A DNA stretch of 64,000 bases, from contig OY282356.1 of NCBI GenBank assembly GCA_958295535.1, positions 5,976 to 69,975 on the forward strand, in the 5' to 3' direction. Numbering within the stretch: position 1 is the stretch's first letter; each line of letters opens with the position of its first letter. This document shows, one piece after another, positions 38,510 to 48,344 of this stretch. This stretch comes from Gemmatimonadota bacterium. GTDB taxonomy: Bacteria > Gemmatimonadota > Gemmatimonadetes > Palauibacterales > Palauibacteraceae. The notes under the pieces are model-generated. The model saw only the letters and a program-made list of their open reading frames with translations. It was not told the DNA's origin and did no database searches. Position numbers and translations under genes: made by a program.

Positions 38510-38847
38510 GCGCGGCGGGCGGACACGACGCCGACAAGGGGATTCGCTTCCAGGAGGCTGTCCAGTGCGTGGCATGCGGATCGGAGTTCCGCGATGCCGA
38601 GATCGGCAAGGATGGCTGTTGCGCGGACTGCCGTCCCCGAATGAAGCGCCGTTCACGGGTTGGCCAGCACCTGATCGCGTCTCTGGTCACCTTGCCATTC
38701 GCGATCTGGGTGTGGCAGCTCGACAAGCTTGATGTTCTGCCTCGGCCGGCGTGGCTTCTGCCGCTGATGGCGGCGTACTATCTCGGTTTCAGGATTGGCC
38801 GGGAACTCGTCAAGGGATACCGGCGATGGCAGCGTTCCAGAAGCTAG
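38506..38847 (+). CDS. Small membrane protein with N-terminal zinc-ribbon (CVACG...CCADC) and two TM helices
   Basis: GTG 38506 overlaps the upstream stop (GTGA). The track start 38413 would overlap the upstream gene. Confidence 0.4.
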   Translation: MSAAGGHDADKGIRFQEAVQCVACGSEFRDAEIGKDGCCADCRPRMKRRSRVGQHLIASLVTLPFAIWVWQLDKLDVLPRPAWLLPLMAAYYLGFRIGRELVKGYRRWQRSRS

Positions 38848-39236
38848 AGGGTAGTCCGGAAGCTGGGGCCGCCCGCCGCGCGGTCGGCGGCATGGCTGCT
38901 CTGTCGGGACTCCCGCTGGCGGCGCTCGCAGTCATGCTTGGCGTGGTGCTCATGGTGAACGTACGGCACTACGGCTGGCTCGCCGCATCCGGCGGCTTCG
39001 TTCTCTGCGCCGTTGGCTTGGCCCTCGCCGTTCGCTGCTTCCGGTCCGCCCGTCCCGCTAGCGGCCCTGCCGACCCTGTCGGCCCTGCCCGCACTGCTCG
39101 CACTGCCGGTCCTGTGGGCCCTGCCCGCCCTGCCGACCCTGCCGGCCCTGTCATCGCAGGTCGATCCGCTCCCCGCCGCAGCCGGGGAGGGCGGGAATTG
39201 TCCGAACCTGTCAAATCGGGGGATGTCTCCAAATGA
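38826..39236 (+). CDS. Small membrane protein with Pro/Ala/Gly-rich repeat tail (PADPVGPAR...)
   Basis: Two hydrophobic helices, then 9-nt-periodic repeats. Overlaps the upstream ORF by 22 nt. Confidence 0.3.
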   Translation: MAAFQKLEGSPEAGAARRAVGGMAALSGLPLAALAVMLGVVLMVNVRHYGWLAASGGFVLCAVGLALAVRCFRSARPASGPADPVGPARTARTAGPVGPARPADPAGPVIAGRSAPRRSRGGRELSEPVKSGDVSK

Positions 39237-40417
39237 GCTTCGAAGGCGTCGACTACTTCAACCTGGACGCGCTCCTCGACGAGGAGGAGCGGGCTATCAG
39301 AGACATGGTCAGGGATTGGGCGGAACGGGAACTTCTTCCCATCATCGGTCAGCGCTACATAGACCGGAAGTTCCCCCGCGAAGTGATCCCCCAGATGGGC
39401 CAGCTCGGCTTCTTCGGCGCCAACCTGCCCGAGGAGTACGGGTGCGCGGGGCTGAACAACGTGTCCTACGGCCTGATCATGCAGGAGCTGGAGCGCGCCG
39501 ACTCCGGAGTGCGTTCGTTCGCTTCCGTTCAGGGCGCTCTCGTCATGTACCCGATATTCGCGTTCGGCTCGGAGGAGCAGAAGCGCGCATGGCTTCCCAG
39601 GCTGGCGTCCGGAGAGTCCATCGGGTGCTTCGGGTTGACCGAGCCGGACTTCGGGTCGAATCCGGGCGGCATGCTCACGCGAGCCGTCAGGGACGGAGAC
39701 GAGTGGGTTCTCAACGGCGCCAAGATGTGGATCACCAATGGGTCCATGGCGGATGTGGCGGTGGTCTGGGCCAAGACCGGCGACCTGGACGACGTCGGCT
39801 CCATCCGCGGATTCCTCGTCGAGTGCGACCGCGAAGGTTTCTCGGCGAGCGATCAGAAAGGGAAGCTCTCGTTGCTGGCCTCGGACACATCGGAGCTCGT
39901 TCTGCGGGATGTGCGCGTTCCGCGGGAGAACATTCTTCCGGGGAGCGGCGGCCTGAAGAGCCCTCTGAAGTGCCTGACGCAAGCTAGGTACGGGATAGCC
40001 TGGGGCGCGGTCGGAGCGGCGATGGCGTGCTATTGCGAAGCGCTCGACTATGCGAAGAACCGGGTGCAGTTCGAAGGGAAGCCGATCGCCCAAACTCAAA
40101 TCCAGCAGGTGCGGCTGGCCGAAATGTTGACGGAGATCACCAAGGCGCAGTTGCTGGCCCTAAGGCTGGGGAGGATGAAGGACGACGGCACGATGCGGCC
40201 GCAGCATGTCTCGCTGGCCAAGCGCAACAACGTGGATATGGCTTGCGACTGTGCGCGTGAAGCGCGCAGGCTCCTCGGCGCGAACGGCATTCTTGCCGAG
40301 TACGCCTCGATGCGGCACATGGCGAATCTGGAGTCCGTCTATACCTACGAGGGCACGCACGACATCCACGCTCTCATCCTCGGCCACGACGTGACGGGCC
40401 TCCCCGCCTATAGCTGA
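39233..40417 (+). CDS. Acyl-CoA dehydrogenase (glutaryl-CoA dehydrogenase-like)
   Basis: ACAD N-terminal/middle/C-terminal domains: 'GCFGLTEPDFGSNPGGM', 'WITNG', 'YEGTHDIHALILG'. Confidence 0.85.
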   Translation: MSFEGVDYFNLDALLDEEERAIRDMVRDWAERELLPIIGQRYIDRKFPREVIPQMGQLGFFGANLPEEYGCAGLNNVSYGLIMQELERADSGVRSFASVQGALVMYPIFAFGSEEQKRAWLPRLASGESIGCFGLTEPDFGSNPGGMLTRAVRDGDEWVLNGAKMWITNGSMADVAVVWAKTGDLDDVGSIRGFLVECDREGFSASDQKGKLSLLASDTSELVLRDVRVPRENILPGSGGLKSPLKCLTQARYGIAWGAVGAAMACYCEALDYAKNRVQFEGKPIAQTQIQQVRLAEMLTEITKAQLLALRLGRMKDDGTMRPQHVSLAKRNNVDMACDCAREARRLLGANGILAEYASMRHMANLESVYTYEGTHDIHALILGHDVTGLPAYS

Positions 40418-40651
40418 CCCGGCTGACGCAGTTGGAACGGCGTCCGCCAAGCCGCCGCCCCTTGCAACCGGCGCGGACCGGACGTTGGACGGCGCTGGCA
40501 CGGACGGAACGGCTCTACGCTCTATCAGCTACGTCGGAGAGGTGACCGCCTGCCTATAGCTGACCCGGCCGGCACGGACGGAACGGCGTTCGCCGAGTCG
40601 CCGCTGGCGGGCATCCTGGAGCGGCAGGGCTTTCTCGTTATCGACGGGGGC

Positions 40652-41536
40652 TTGGCAACCGAGCTGGAGTCGCAGGGGCACGATCTGAGCGACGATCTCT
40701 GGTCGGCCCGCATCCTTCTCGACGATCCCGAGGCAGTCGTGGCCGCGCACAGGCGCTTCCTGGAAGTCGGGGCCGACGTGATAGCCACGGCGACGTACCA
40801 GGCGACCGTCGCGGGCTTTCGGAAGCGCGGACTCGATCGGGATGAAGCGGAGGGTGTGCTGCGAGGCGCGGTAGGCTTGGCCGTATCGGCGCGTGACGCG
40901 TTCTGGGCGTGTCCGGAAGTCCGCGAAGGACGGGCGAAGCCGCTGGTCGCGGCCAGCGTCGGCCCGTACGGAGCCTACTTGGCGGACGGCTCCGAGTACA
41001 AGGGCGACTACGGTCTATCCACCGCCGAACTCTACGACTTTCATGCGCGCCGCTGGGAGGCGCTCGCGGGGAGCGAGGCCGATCTCCTGGCGTGCGAGAC
41101 GACGCCTTCGCGCGAGGAGGCTCGCGCCTACTGCCGATTGGCCGCCCACGCCGGATGTCCGGCGTGGATCAGCTTCCAGTGCTCCGGTCCTGCCGCGTTG
41201 GCTGACGGCACATCGTTCGAGGAGGCCGTGGCCCTATGTCACTCGGAGCCGCGGATCGTGGCGGTCGGCGTGAACTGTACCGATCCGCGCTACGTGACCC
41301 CGTTGATCCGGGCGGCGCGGCGCATGACCGGCAAGCCCGTTCTGGTCTATCCGAACTCGGGCGAGGTGTGGGACGCGGATGCCAAGCGGTGGAGAGGCGC
41401 TAGCTGTCCGGACTGGGTGCGCCGCGCCGCCGTGTGGTTCGGGGATGGCGCCGTCGGCGTCGGCGGCTGCTGCCGGGTGGGACCGGCAGAGATAGCGGCG
41501 GTCAGAGGGAGCCTCTCGCGGCTCGCGGCCCGGTAG
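40652..41536 (+). CDS. mmuM: Homocysteine S-methyltransferase
   Basis: 'LATELESQGHDLSDDLWSA...ATYQAT..GF' and C-terminal 'GVNCT...GGCCR' zinc site. The true start is probably upstream (see findings). Confidence 0.8.
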   Translation: MATELESQGHDLSDDLWSARILLDDPEAVVAAHRRFLEVGADVIATATYQATVAGFRKRGLDRDEAEGVLRGAVGLAVSARDAFWACPEVREGRAKPLVAASVGPYGAYLADGSEYKGDYGLSTAELYDFHARRWEALAGSEADLLACETTPSREEARAYCRLAAHAGCPAWISFQCSGPAALADGTSFEEAVALCHSEPRIVAVGVNCTDPRYVTPLIRAARRMTGKPVLVYPNSGEVWDADAKRWRGASCPDWVRRAAVWFGDGAVGVGGCCRVGPAEIAAVRGSLSRLAAR

Positions 41537-41670
41537 CCCGACGACTGGACGACGCGGCTAAGCTGCTACGGCCCGGCGCTGCTCGGTCTCCCAGCTCGGC
41601 TCGCGGCCCGGTAGCGTAGCTGCCGACGCGGCGAAACTCTTAGGTCTGGCGCCTACGGACAGTCCGGCGC

Positions 41671-43050
41671 CTACAGGCCGATCGTCGACATGAGGTCCGA
41701 CCGAGTCAGGATCGAGAGAGCTCCGTCCTCTCCTCGGACCAGCACTGCCGGCCGCTCGCCGCTGAGCGTATCGACCAGCTCGCGAACCGGAGTCGATGCC
41801 TCGACGACAGCGAAGGCGGGGCCCATCAGGTCGCTCACGAGACGCCCTCGGGCGTAAGGATCCGTCATCAGCGAGCCGAGGATGTTCTTCTCGGTCAGGC
41901 TGCCCGCCATTTTCTCCCCGTCCATGACCGGCAGCTGCGAGATGTCGTGAGCGCGCATCACCTCGATCGCTTCGTCGAGCGTGCTCTCCGCGCTCACCGA
42001 CACCAGCGGCCTATCGGCCGCGCGCCGCCCGGCCGCCGCCCCCGCCGTGAGGCTGGTGTCCTCCTCGATAAAGCCGTGCTCACGCATCCACACATCGTTG
42101 TATACCTTGCCCAGAGAGCGATATCCCCCGTCCGGCATTACGACCACCAGAACATCCTCAGGTCGGACGCGGCCCTCGCCCGCCTCGGCCCACTGCAGCG
42201 CCCCAGCCAGCGCCATGCCGCACGAACCGCCAAGAAACATGCCCTCCTCGCGCGCGAGTCGGCGGGTCATGAGCATGGACTCCTTGTCGGTTATCCTCAC
42301 ATAATCGTCGACAACGTCGAAGTCCATATTGCCCGCGAGAATATCCTCTCCTACTCCCTCCGTTACATACGGGTATATTTCTTTCTCATCGAATACGCGG
42401 GTGTGAAAATACTTCCAATAGACGGACCCAAAGGGATCCACTCCAATAATCTTGATGTTCTCGTTCTTTTTCTTCAGATATGCAGCCGTGCCGGATATAG
42501 TGCCGCCAGTACCCGATCCCACGAACAGATGACTTATTTTCCCCTTTGTTCCTTCCCACAGCTCGGGACCCGTCGTCTGAACATGGGCTTGCGTGTTGGC
42601 GGGATTGTCGTACTGATTGAGATAGACAGAGTCGGGGATCTCCTTTGCCATCCGGCGGGCCACTTGGTAGTACGAGCGCGGGTCTTCGGGCGCGACAGCG
42701 GTCGGACAGACTATTACCTTGGAGCCAAGCGCCCGCAGGATTGCGATCTTTTCGGGACTTTGCTTGTCGGTGGTCGTGAATATGCACCGATAGCCGCGCG
42801 CTATGGCTGCAATGGCGAGGCCGACGCCGGTGTTGCCGCTGGTACCTTCTATGATAGTGCCGCCCGGCTTGAGGTCGCCTCGTTCGACCGCGTCATCAAT
42901 CATCGAGAGCCCGATCCGGTCCTTGACCGAACCGCCCGGATTGAAGAATTCGAGTTTCGCGACGACGGTGCACGGCAGGTGGGCCGCCAAGCGGTTGATC
43001 CGCACCAGTGGGGTATTGCCGATCGTGCCCAGGATATCGCTGTGCCACAT
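41671..43050 (-). CDS. Cystathionine beta-synthase / O-acetylserine-dependent cysteine synthase with tandem CBS domains
   Basis: PLP fold 'GNTPLVRINRL...KLEFFNPGGSVKDRIG...GTSGNTGVGLA' plus two C-terminal CBS domains. ATG 43050 preferred, because the upstream ATG at 43110 overlaps the tRNA. Confidence 0.82.
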   Translation of the reverse strand: MWHSDILGTIGNTPLVRINRLAAHLPCTVVAKLEFFNPGGSVKDRIGLSMIDDAVERGDLKPGGTIIEGTSGNTGVGLAIAAIARGYRCIFTTTDKQSPEKIAILRALGSKVIVCPTAVAPEDPRSYYQVARRMAKEIPDSVYLNQYDNPANTQAHVQTTGPELWEGTKGKISHLFVGSGTGGTISGTAAYLKKKNENIKIIGVDPFGSVYWKYFHTRVFDEKEIYPYVTEGVGEDILAGNMDFDVVDDYVRITDKESMLMTRRLAREEGMFLGGSCGMALAGALQWAEAGEGRVRPEDVLVVVMPDGGYRSLGKVYNDVWMREHGFIEEDTSLTAGAAAGRRAADRPLVSVSAESTLDEAIEVMRAHDISQLPVMDGEKMAGSLTEKNILGSLMTDPYARGRLVSDLMGPAFAVVEASTPVRELVDTLSGERPAVLVRGEDGALSILTRSDLMSTIGL

Positions 43051-43109
43051 GCGCCTATGTGTCTCGCTGTCTATCGGATAGCAACGCTTTGCTTTACGGT
43101 TTGCCTGCA

Positions 43110-43183
43110 TGCGCCCGGGAGGACTCGAACCCCCAGCCTTCTGATCCGAAGTCAGATGCTCTGTCCAATTGAGCTACGGGCGC
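43110..43183 (-). tRNA. tRNA-Arg (anticodon UCG)
   Basis: Hand-folded cloverleaf: acceptor GCGCCCG/CGGGCGC, D-stem GCUC/GAGC, anticodon stem UCUGA/UCAGA with loop CUUCGGA, T-stem GGGGG/CCUCC with UUCGAGU loop. 74 nt, no encoded CCA. Confidence 0.88.
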
Positions 43184-43276
43184 TTGTGCGCGGCACTACC
43201 GGCGCTGGATTGCCATGAGCGGCTTGTCCCGCGCGGCCCCACTGGATAACGCGGAATCGATCGCCGCGCCAGCACG

Positions 43277-43640
43277 ACCGCCCCACACCGGCGCGACCGC
43301 TCGACACCAGCTCAACAGCTCCACCGGCGCGACCGCGCCACCAGCGCGACAGCTCCACACCAGCTCAACCGCTACACCGGCGCGACCACTCGACGCCGAC
43401 ACGGTGGTGGCTAAGAAGAGAGAGTAGACGCAGCAAGTCGGAGCGCGCAACCTAGTTGAAGTCGAATAAGTTCTCCTCGTGGCGGGAAGAGAAGTGCAGC
43501 CTCGCGCGGCGGAAAGGCAACTTCGGGGAGGGAAATCCGCCCCGCAGCGGGCAGGCAAGTGCAGTCCGCCCGGCGGATAGACAACTTCGGGAATGGGAAT
43601 TTCGCCCCGCATTGGATAGGCAACTTCGGGAAGGACTAGG
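43277..43640. repeat. Two intergenic repeat families: ~36-nt imperfect tandem repeats (caccggcgcgaccgctcgacaccagctcaac...) x3, and ~32-nt repeats (RRCAACTTCGGGRAKGGRAATYYCGCCCCGCA) x2.5 that form short GC hairpins
   Basis: Seen directly, between the tRNA-Arg and the FG-GAP/ASPIC gene. Confidence 0.6.
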
Positions 43641-43650
43641 GAAGGAATAG

Positions 43651-46600
43651 ATGCGACGCCGTACCGGTGCAGTGCCGCCTCTCGCGAACATCTTGCGGAA
43701 AGGCCGCGGGCTTGCGGGTCTGGCGATACTCGCGATGGCGGGTTGCGACACTCCCGGTCCGGGGCCGTGGGTTCAGGAGGACGGATACCGCTGGCGCGAG
43801 CTGCATCCAGAAGCGGGCGGCGGCTTCGCGCCACTCGATGCTTCCGAGCGCGGCATCGGCTTCTCCTACTCCGTAGAAGACGAGGCGCGCCGCCGAAATC
43901 GCGTGCTTGCCGAAGGGCAGGGGGTCGCGGTCGGCGATGTGGACGGCGATGAACTGGCGGACCTCTTTTTTGCAGGCTTCGGCGGCCCGAGCGCCCTCTA
44001 TCGCAATCTGGGACAGTGGAACTTCCAGGATGTGACGGCGGCAGCCGGATTGGCGCAGGTGGACATGATGGCGCGAGGGGCGGCTTTCGCCGATCTCGAC
44101 GGGGACGGCGACCTCGATCTCGTGGTCACGGTTCACGGCGGGCTCAACCAGCTCTTCCTCGGGGATGGCGTCGGCCACTTCGCGCATGTCGATGACGCGG
44201 GGTTTGCCGGCCGGCGAGGCAGCACGACGCCGGCCCTCGCCGACACCGACGGGGACGGCGACCTCGATCTCTATATCGCCAACTACAAGACGCGGCAGGT
44301 GGACGACATCTATCCGCCGAACCTTCTCGACATCAATCGCCTTCAGCGGGGCCGCGATGGCGAACTGGTCATACCGCCGGAGCTTCGCCCGATCTACGAT
44401 GAGCACTACCGGGTGGAGTTCGATGGTCGTTTTGTGCGCCGTTTCGAGGTCGGCGAGCCGGACGAGTACTACACCAACCTGGGGAATGGCCGCTTCCGTC
44501 CGACATCTCTTGCGGGTGGCCGCGCCCCTGCCTCCCTATCCCGGCTCCCACGGACGGCGTGGCCTGAAGACACGGCGACCTCCGGCACGGGCGAGCCGGG
44601 CGACCTCTCCCTGGCCAGTGGCGGCTCCGGGCCGGCGTCGCTTGTAGACGCGGCGGCCTCGAGTCGAGGAGATCCGGATAATCGGGGGTGGGGACTGGCG
44701 GCGCGGTTCAGCGATTGGGATCAGGACGGCGACGCCGACCTCTATGTGGCGAACGACTTCAACAGTCCGGATGGGATATGGATAAACCGGGGCGACGGCG
44801 TCTTCGAGCCTGCTTCCGAGGAAGCTGTACGCACGACCAGCCTCTCATCCATGGCCGTCGATGCGGGCGATCTGGATGGAGATGGGGACATCGATCTTCT
44901 GACGACGGACATGCTGGCTCTCGATCCTGCCGCGCGACTGGCGCAGACGACGAGCTTCGAGGAGGCGCCTGCGGCCCCTGGGGCGATCGGAACGCGCGTT
45001 CAGGTCAATCGCAACGCGGTCCAGCTGAACCGCGGCGACGGCACGTTTGCGGAGGCGGCGTGGGAGCTGGGACTGGCAGCGTCGGACTGGACATGGGGCG
45101 CGCTGATCCTGGACGCGGATCTCGACGGGTGGAACGACATCTTCGTTACGACGGGCCACGCATGGTCGCAGCTGGACGGCGATGCGAATGCGCGCATCGC
45201 GGCCATCCCGGGGCTGCCCGCCGCTCAAGCCCTGAGCATGTTCGAGCCGCTGCCGCAGGGCAACGTAGCCTTTCGCGGCGGGCCGCGAGGCTTCACGGAC
45301 GCCAGCGCTCGATGGCGCTGGGGCGGAGAAGCGGACATCTCGCACGGCTTGGCGGCGGGCGATCTGGACAGCGACGGAGATCTGGATATCGTCGTGACCC
45401 GTCTGGCCGATCCGCCCCTGCTATATCGAAACGATGCCGCGGCGCCGCGCGTGCTGGTTCGCCTGTCGGCCGCCGGGGGGAATACGCGAGGGATCGGCGC
45501 GCGGATACGTCTCGAGGGCCATCCGTCCGGTTCGCAGCTACGCGAGTTGGCGGCCGGGGGATCGTATCTTTCGTCGTCGGAGCCGGCGGCCAGCTTCGCC
45601 GCGGTACATGGCGCCGGGATGGTTCTGACAGTCGAGTGGCCGGGTGGCGGTAGCGCTCGGCTCGGCGGAATCGTCGCGAACCGCGAGTACGTGATAGACG
45701 CTTCCACCGCGGACGCCGGCGCGAACGGCGGCGAAGCTGGCCACGACGATACCGAGGATGCCGGGCGTGGCGAAAGCGCGATTGGCCGGCCGCCGGAGAC
45801 GCACTTCATCGATGTGTCGGAGCTGCTCGGGCATACTCACTTCGAGTCGGCCTTCGATGACCGGCTGCGGCAGCCGCTCATGCCGTATTCGCTAGACCGT
45901 CCTGGTCCTGGCGTGTCGTGGATCGACATGGATGGCGATGGAGATGCCGACTTGGCCCTGGGAAGCGGCGCGGGCGGCTCCCCGGTGGTACTGCGCAACG
46001 ACGGAGGCGACTTTGCCGCGGCGCGGAGCATCTTCCCGGCCGCGATGGAGTACGACGCCACCGCGATCCTGCCGCATAAGAAGGCGGACGGCGTCACGGT
46101 CCTCCTGGTCGGCCAGAGCGCCTACGAGGCGCGTACGATGGAGGAGGCCGCGGGAGTGGCGCCGCTGGCCGTCGCGGTTCCGCCGATCACGGCGGCGCTC
46201 GGTGGCGCGCCCGCCGAAGCTGTCGTGTCCGAAGCTTCGGCCGTCCTGCCGTCGGCGACAGCCCTCCGGCAGGCCGCCGCGACCGGTCCGCTTGCCCAGG
46301 CGGATACCGACCTTGACGGCGACATCGACCTCTTCATCGGCGGGCGCGCCACCCCCGGTCGCTACCCCGCCGCCACGGACTCCCGCCTGCTCGTCAACGA
46401 AGGCGGCGCGTTGCGGGCGGATGCGCCGGCCAGCGGCGCCTTCGCAGACGCCGGGTTGGTGTCCGGCGCCCTGTTCACCGACGCCGACCTGGACGGCGAC
46501 CCCGACCTCGTCCTGGCGCTTGATTGGGGCGGCATACGGCTATTCCGCAACGAAGAGGGGTCCTTCTCGGATGCCGGCGAGGCAGCCGGACTCGACGGCC

Positions 46601-47577
46601 TCGCTGGCCGCTGGAACGGGATCGCGGCGGCCGACTTCGACGAAGACGGACGGATCGACTTGGTGGCGACCGGCTGGGGCGCCAACCTGGAAGTGCCGTC
46701 CGCGTACTCGCTCTTCTACGGCGACATGAACCGCGACGGCGTCGCCGATATCATCGAAGCCCGCCTGGAGTCGGGTAGCTGGCGTCCTATTCGGGGCCGG
46801 GACGCCCTTGTCGTCCCCGGCGGAATCTCTTCGCTATCGAGGGTGTCCTACGCGCGCTTCAGCTCGACACCGCTGCCCGCGCTCGTGAGCGGCCTCGATC
46901 CGCAGCGCCGACTCGACGTGCAGGAGCTGCGGCATATCGTGTTGCTCAATCGTCCCGGCGGCTTCGAGCGCATTCCCCTCCCCGCGCCCGCGCAGCGCGC
47001 CCCCGCCCTCGGCGTGGCCACGGGAGATCTCGACGGCGACGGGCACGAAGACATAGTCCTGGCGCAGAACTTCTACGCCGGCAGGCCCGGGACGCCTCGG
47101 TACGATGCCGGGCGGGGGCTCTGGCTCAGAGGCGCCGGCGATGGGACGTTCGCCCCGGTTCCCGCCCAGCTCTCGGGAATCGCCGTGTATGGCGACGGAC
47201 GCGCGGTCGCCCTGGCGGACTACGACCGCGACCGCCGCGTGGATGTGGCGTACGGCGTCAACGGGGGAGCTACGCGGCTCTTCCGGAACGCCGGAGGAGT
47301 TCCCGGCATCCGCGTCACGCTAGAAGGGCCGCCCGCAAATCCCTGGGCGATCGGCGCCCGGCTGCGACTCGAGTACGATGACGGCAAGTTGGGTCCGGTG
47401 CGCGAGATACGGTCGGGCGAGGGCTACTTGTCTCGCAACGAATCGGTTCAGACGCTGGGCTTGGCGGGAGATCCCCGTACGCTGCATGTCGAGTGGCCCG
47501 ACGGCCTAGGCGAATCGATCTCGATACCGGCGGGGGTGCGCGAAGTCGTCGTCGCTCACCCCGCCGGGGGTGGCTAG
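43651..47577 (+). CDS. Giant FG-GAP/VCBS-repeat + ASPIC/UnbV (CRTAC1-like) lipoprotein, apparently two tandem modules
   Basis: GGAAGGA RBS, lipobox LAILAMAGC. Many 'DxDGDGDxDL' FG-GAP units in two blocks. C-terminal 'EIRSGEGYLSRNESVQTLGL...VEWPDG' ASPIC/UnbV-like domain. Confidence 0.72.
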   Translation: MRRRTGAVPPLANILRKGRGLAGLAILAMAGCDTPGPGPWVQEDGYRWRELHPEAGGGFAPLDASERGIGFSYSVEDEARRRNRVLAEGQGVAVGDVDGDELADLFFAGFGGPSALYRNLGQWNFQDVTAAAGLAQVDMMARGAAFADLDGDGDLDLVVTVHGGLNQLFLGDGVGHFAHVDDAGFAGRRGSTTPALADTDGDGDLDLYIANYKTRQVDDIYPPNLLDINRLQRGRDGELVIPPELRPIYDEHYRVEFDGRFVRRFEVGEPDEYYTNLGNGRFRPTSLAGGRAPASLSRLPRTAWPEDTATSGTGEPGDLSLASGGSGPASLVDAAASSRGDPDNRGWGLAARFSDWDQDGDADLYVANDFNSPDGIWINRGDGVFEPASEEAVRTTSLSSMAVDAGDLDGDGDIDLLTTDMLALDPAARLAQTTSFEEAPAAPGAIGTRVQVNRNAVQLNRGDGTFAEAAWELGLAASDWTWGALILDADLDGWNDIFVTTGHAWSQLDGDANARIAAIPGLPAAQALSMFEPLPQGNVAFRGGPRGFTDASARWRWGGEADISHGLAAGDLDSDGDLDIVVTRLADPPLLYRNDAAAPRVLVRLSAAGGNTRGIGARIRLEGHPSGSQLRELAAGGSYLSSSEPAASFAAVHGAGMVLTVEWPGGGSARLGGIVANREYVIDASTADAGANGGEAGHDDTEDAGRGESAIGRPPETHFIDVSELLGHTHFESAFDDRLRQPLMPYSLDRPGPGVSWIDMDGDGDADLALGSGAGGSPVVLRNDGGDFAAARSIFPAAMEYDATAILPHKKADGVTVLLVGQSAYEARTMEEAAGVAPLAVAVPPITAALGGAPAEAVVSEASAVLPSATALRQAAATGPLAQADTDLDGDIDLFIGGRATPGRYPAATDSRLLVNEGGALRADAPASGAFADAGLVSGALFTDADLDGDPDLVLALDWGGIRLFRNEEGSFSDAGEAAGLDGLAGRWNGIAAADFDEDGRIDLVATGWGANLEVPSAYSLFYGDMNRDGVADIIEARLESGSWRPIRGRDALVVPGGISSLSRVSYARFSSTPLPALVSGLDPQRRLDVQELRHIVLLNRPGGFERIPLPAPAQRAPALGVATGDLDGDGHEDIVLAQNFYAGRPGTPRYDAGRGLWLRGAGDGTFAPVPAQLSGIAVYGDGRAVALADYDRDRRVDVAYGVNGGATRLFRNAGGVPGIRVTLEGPPANPWAIGARLRLEYDDGKLGPVREIRSGEGYLSRNESVQTLGLAGDPRTLHVEWPDGLGESISIPAGVREVVVAHPAGGG

Positions 47578-48344
47578 CGTATGCCGAAGCCGATCGTGAT
47601 GCCGATGTCGTTCTGAAGGCGCGAGTCCGCCGTCCCGTTCAGGTCGTACAGCGAGATGATGTCGCGGACCTCGCCGCGCAGCCACAGTTTGGAGGAAAGG
47701 GCGATTCGGACCCCGCCCGCGATCGTGCCCAGTGGATCCATCGAGTCTATCTTCGGGACCGACGGACCCGAGAAGCCGAGACGCCGCACGCCGCCCCCGA
47801 TAGACAGGTATGGCTCCAGCGCGCCCGCCGACCCCGCCGACATGATGCGGACGGTCAGATTCACCGCTCCGGCCATGTAGCTCAGGTCCCCGAGGTTAGC
47901 CGATCCCTGGCCGAAGCGAACGCCTGTCCGTCCCAGCGATGCCGGGGCGTAGAGGCCCATGAACCCGACCCCGAAAGCCTTGGACAGCCAGATCGTCAAC
48001 TCTCCCCCGGCCAGAACATCGGGGGGAATCGTCGTGCCGTACGTGTTCGGATTGTCCGTAAGGTTTCCAAGGGGCTGAAGAACGCCCACGAGGGCGAAGA
48101 AGTCCACTCCCGTCATCTCGCTATCGCCTGACGGCTCGCCGCTGCCGGGGACCATCATCTGGCCTGCCAGACTTGGGGTTCCCAGCCAGACCGCAAGCAG
48201 CAGGGCGCCGGCCAAACGGGCCAAGCGGCCAGGCGACCGTGTTCGGCGATGCCGCGGGGTCGTCGCGGCGCAGGTCTCGCCCGACCGCTGTTCCGAGCGC
48301 TGAACGCTGCACGACAGCGCGCCTCTTCGTCCACTTCGCGTCAT
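47574..48344 (-). CDS. Outer-membrane beta-barrel protein (OmpA-like/OmpW-like barrel), hypothetical
   Basis: Signal peptide and alternating amphipathic beta strands. Overlaps the upstream gene start by 4 nt. Confidence 0.45.
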   Translation of the reverse strand: MTRSGRRGALSCSVQRSEQRSGETCAATTPRHRRTRSPGRLARLAGALLLAVWLGTPSLAGQMMVPGSGEPSGDSEMTGVDFFALVGVLQPLGNLTDNPNTYGTTIPPDVLAGGELTIWLSKAFGVGFMGLYAPASLGRTGVRFGQGSANLGDLSYMAGAVNLTVRIMSAGSAGALEPYLSIGGGVRRLGFSGPSVPKIDSMDPLGTIAGGVRIALSSKLWLRGEVRDIISLYDLNGTADSRLQNDIGITIGFGIR

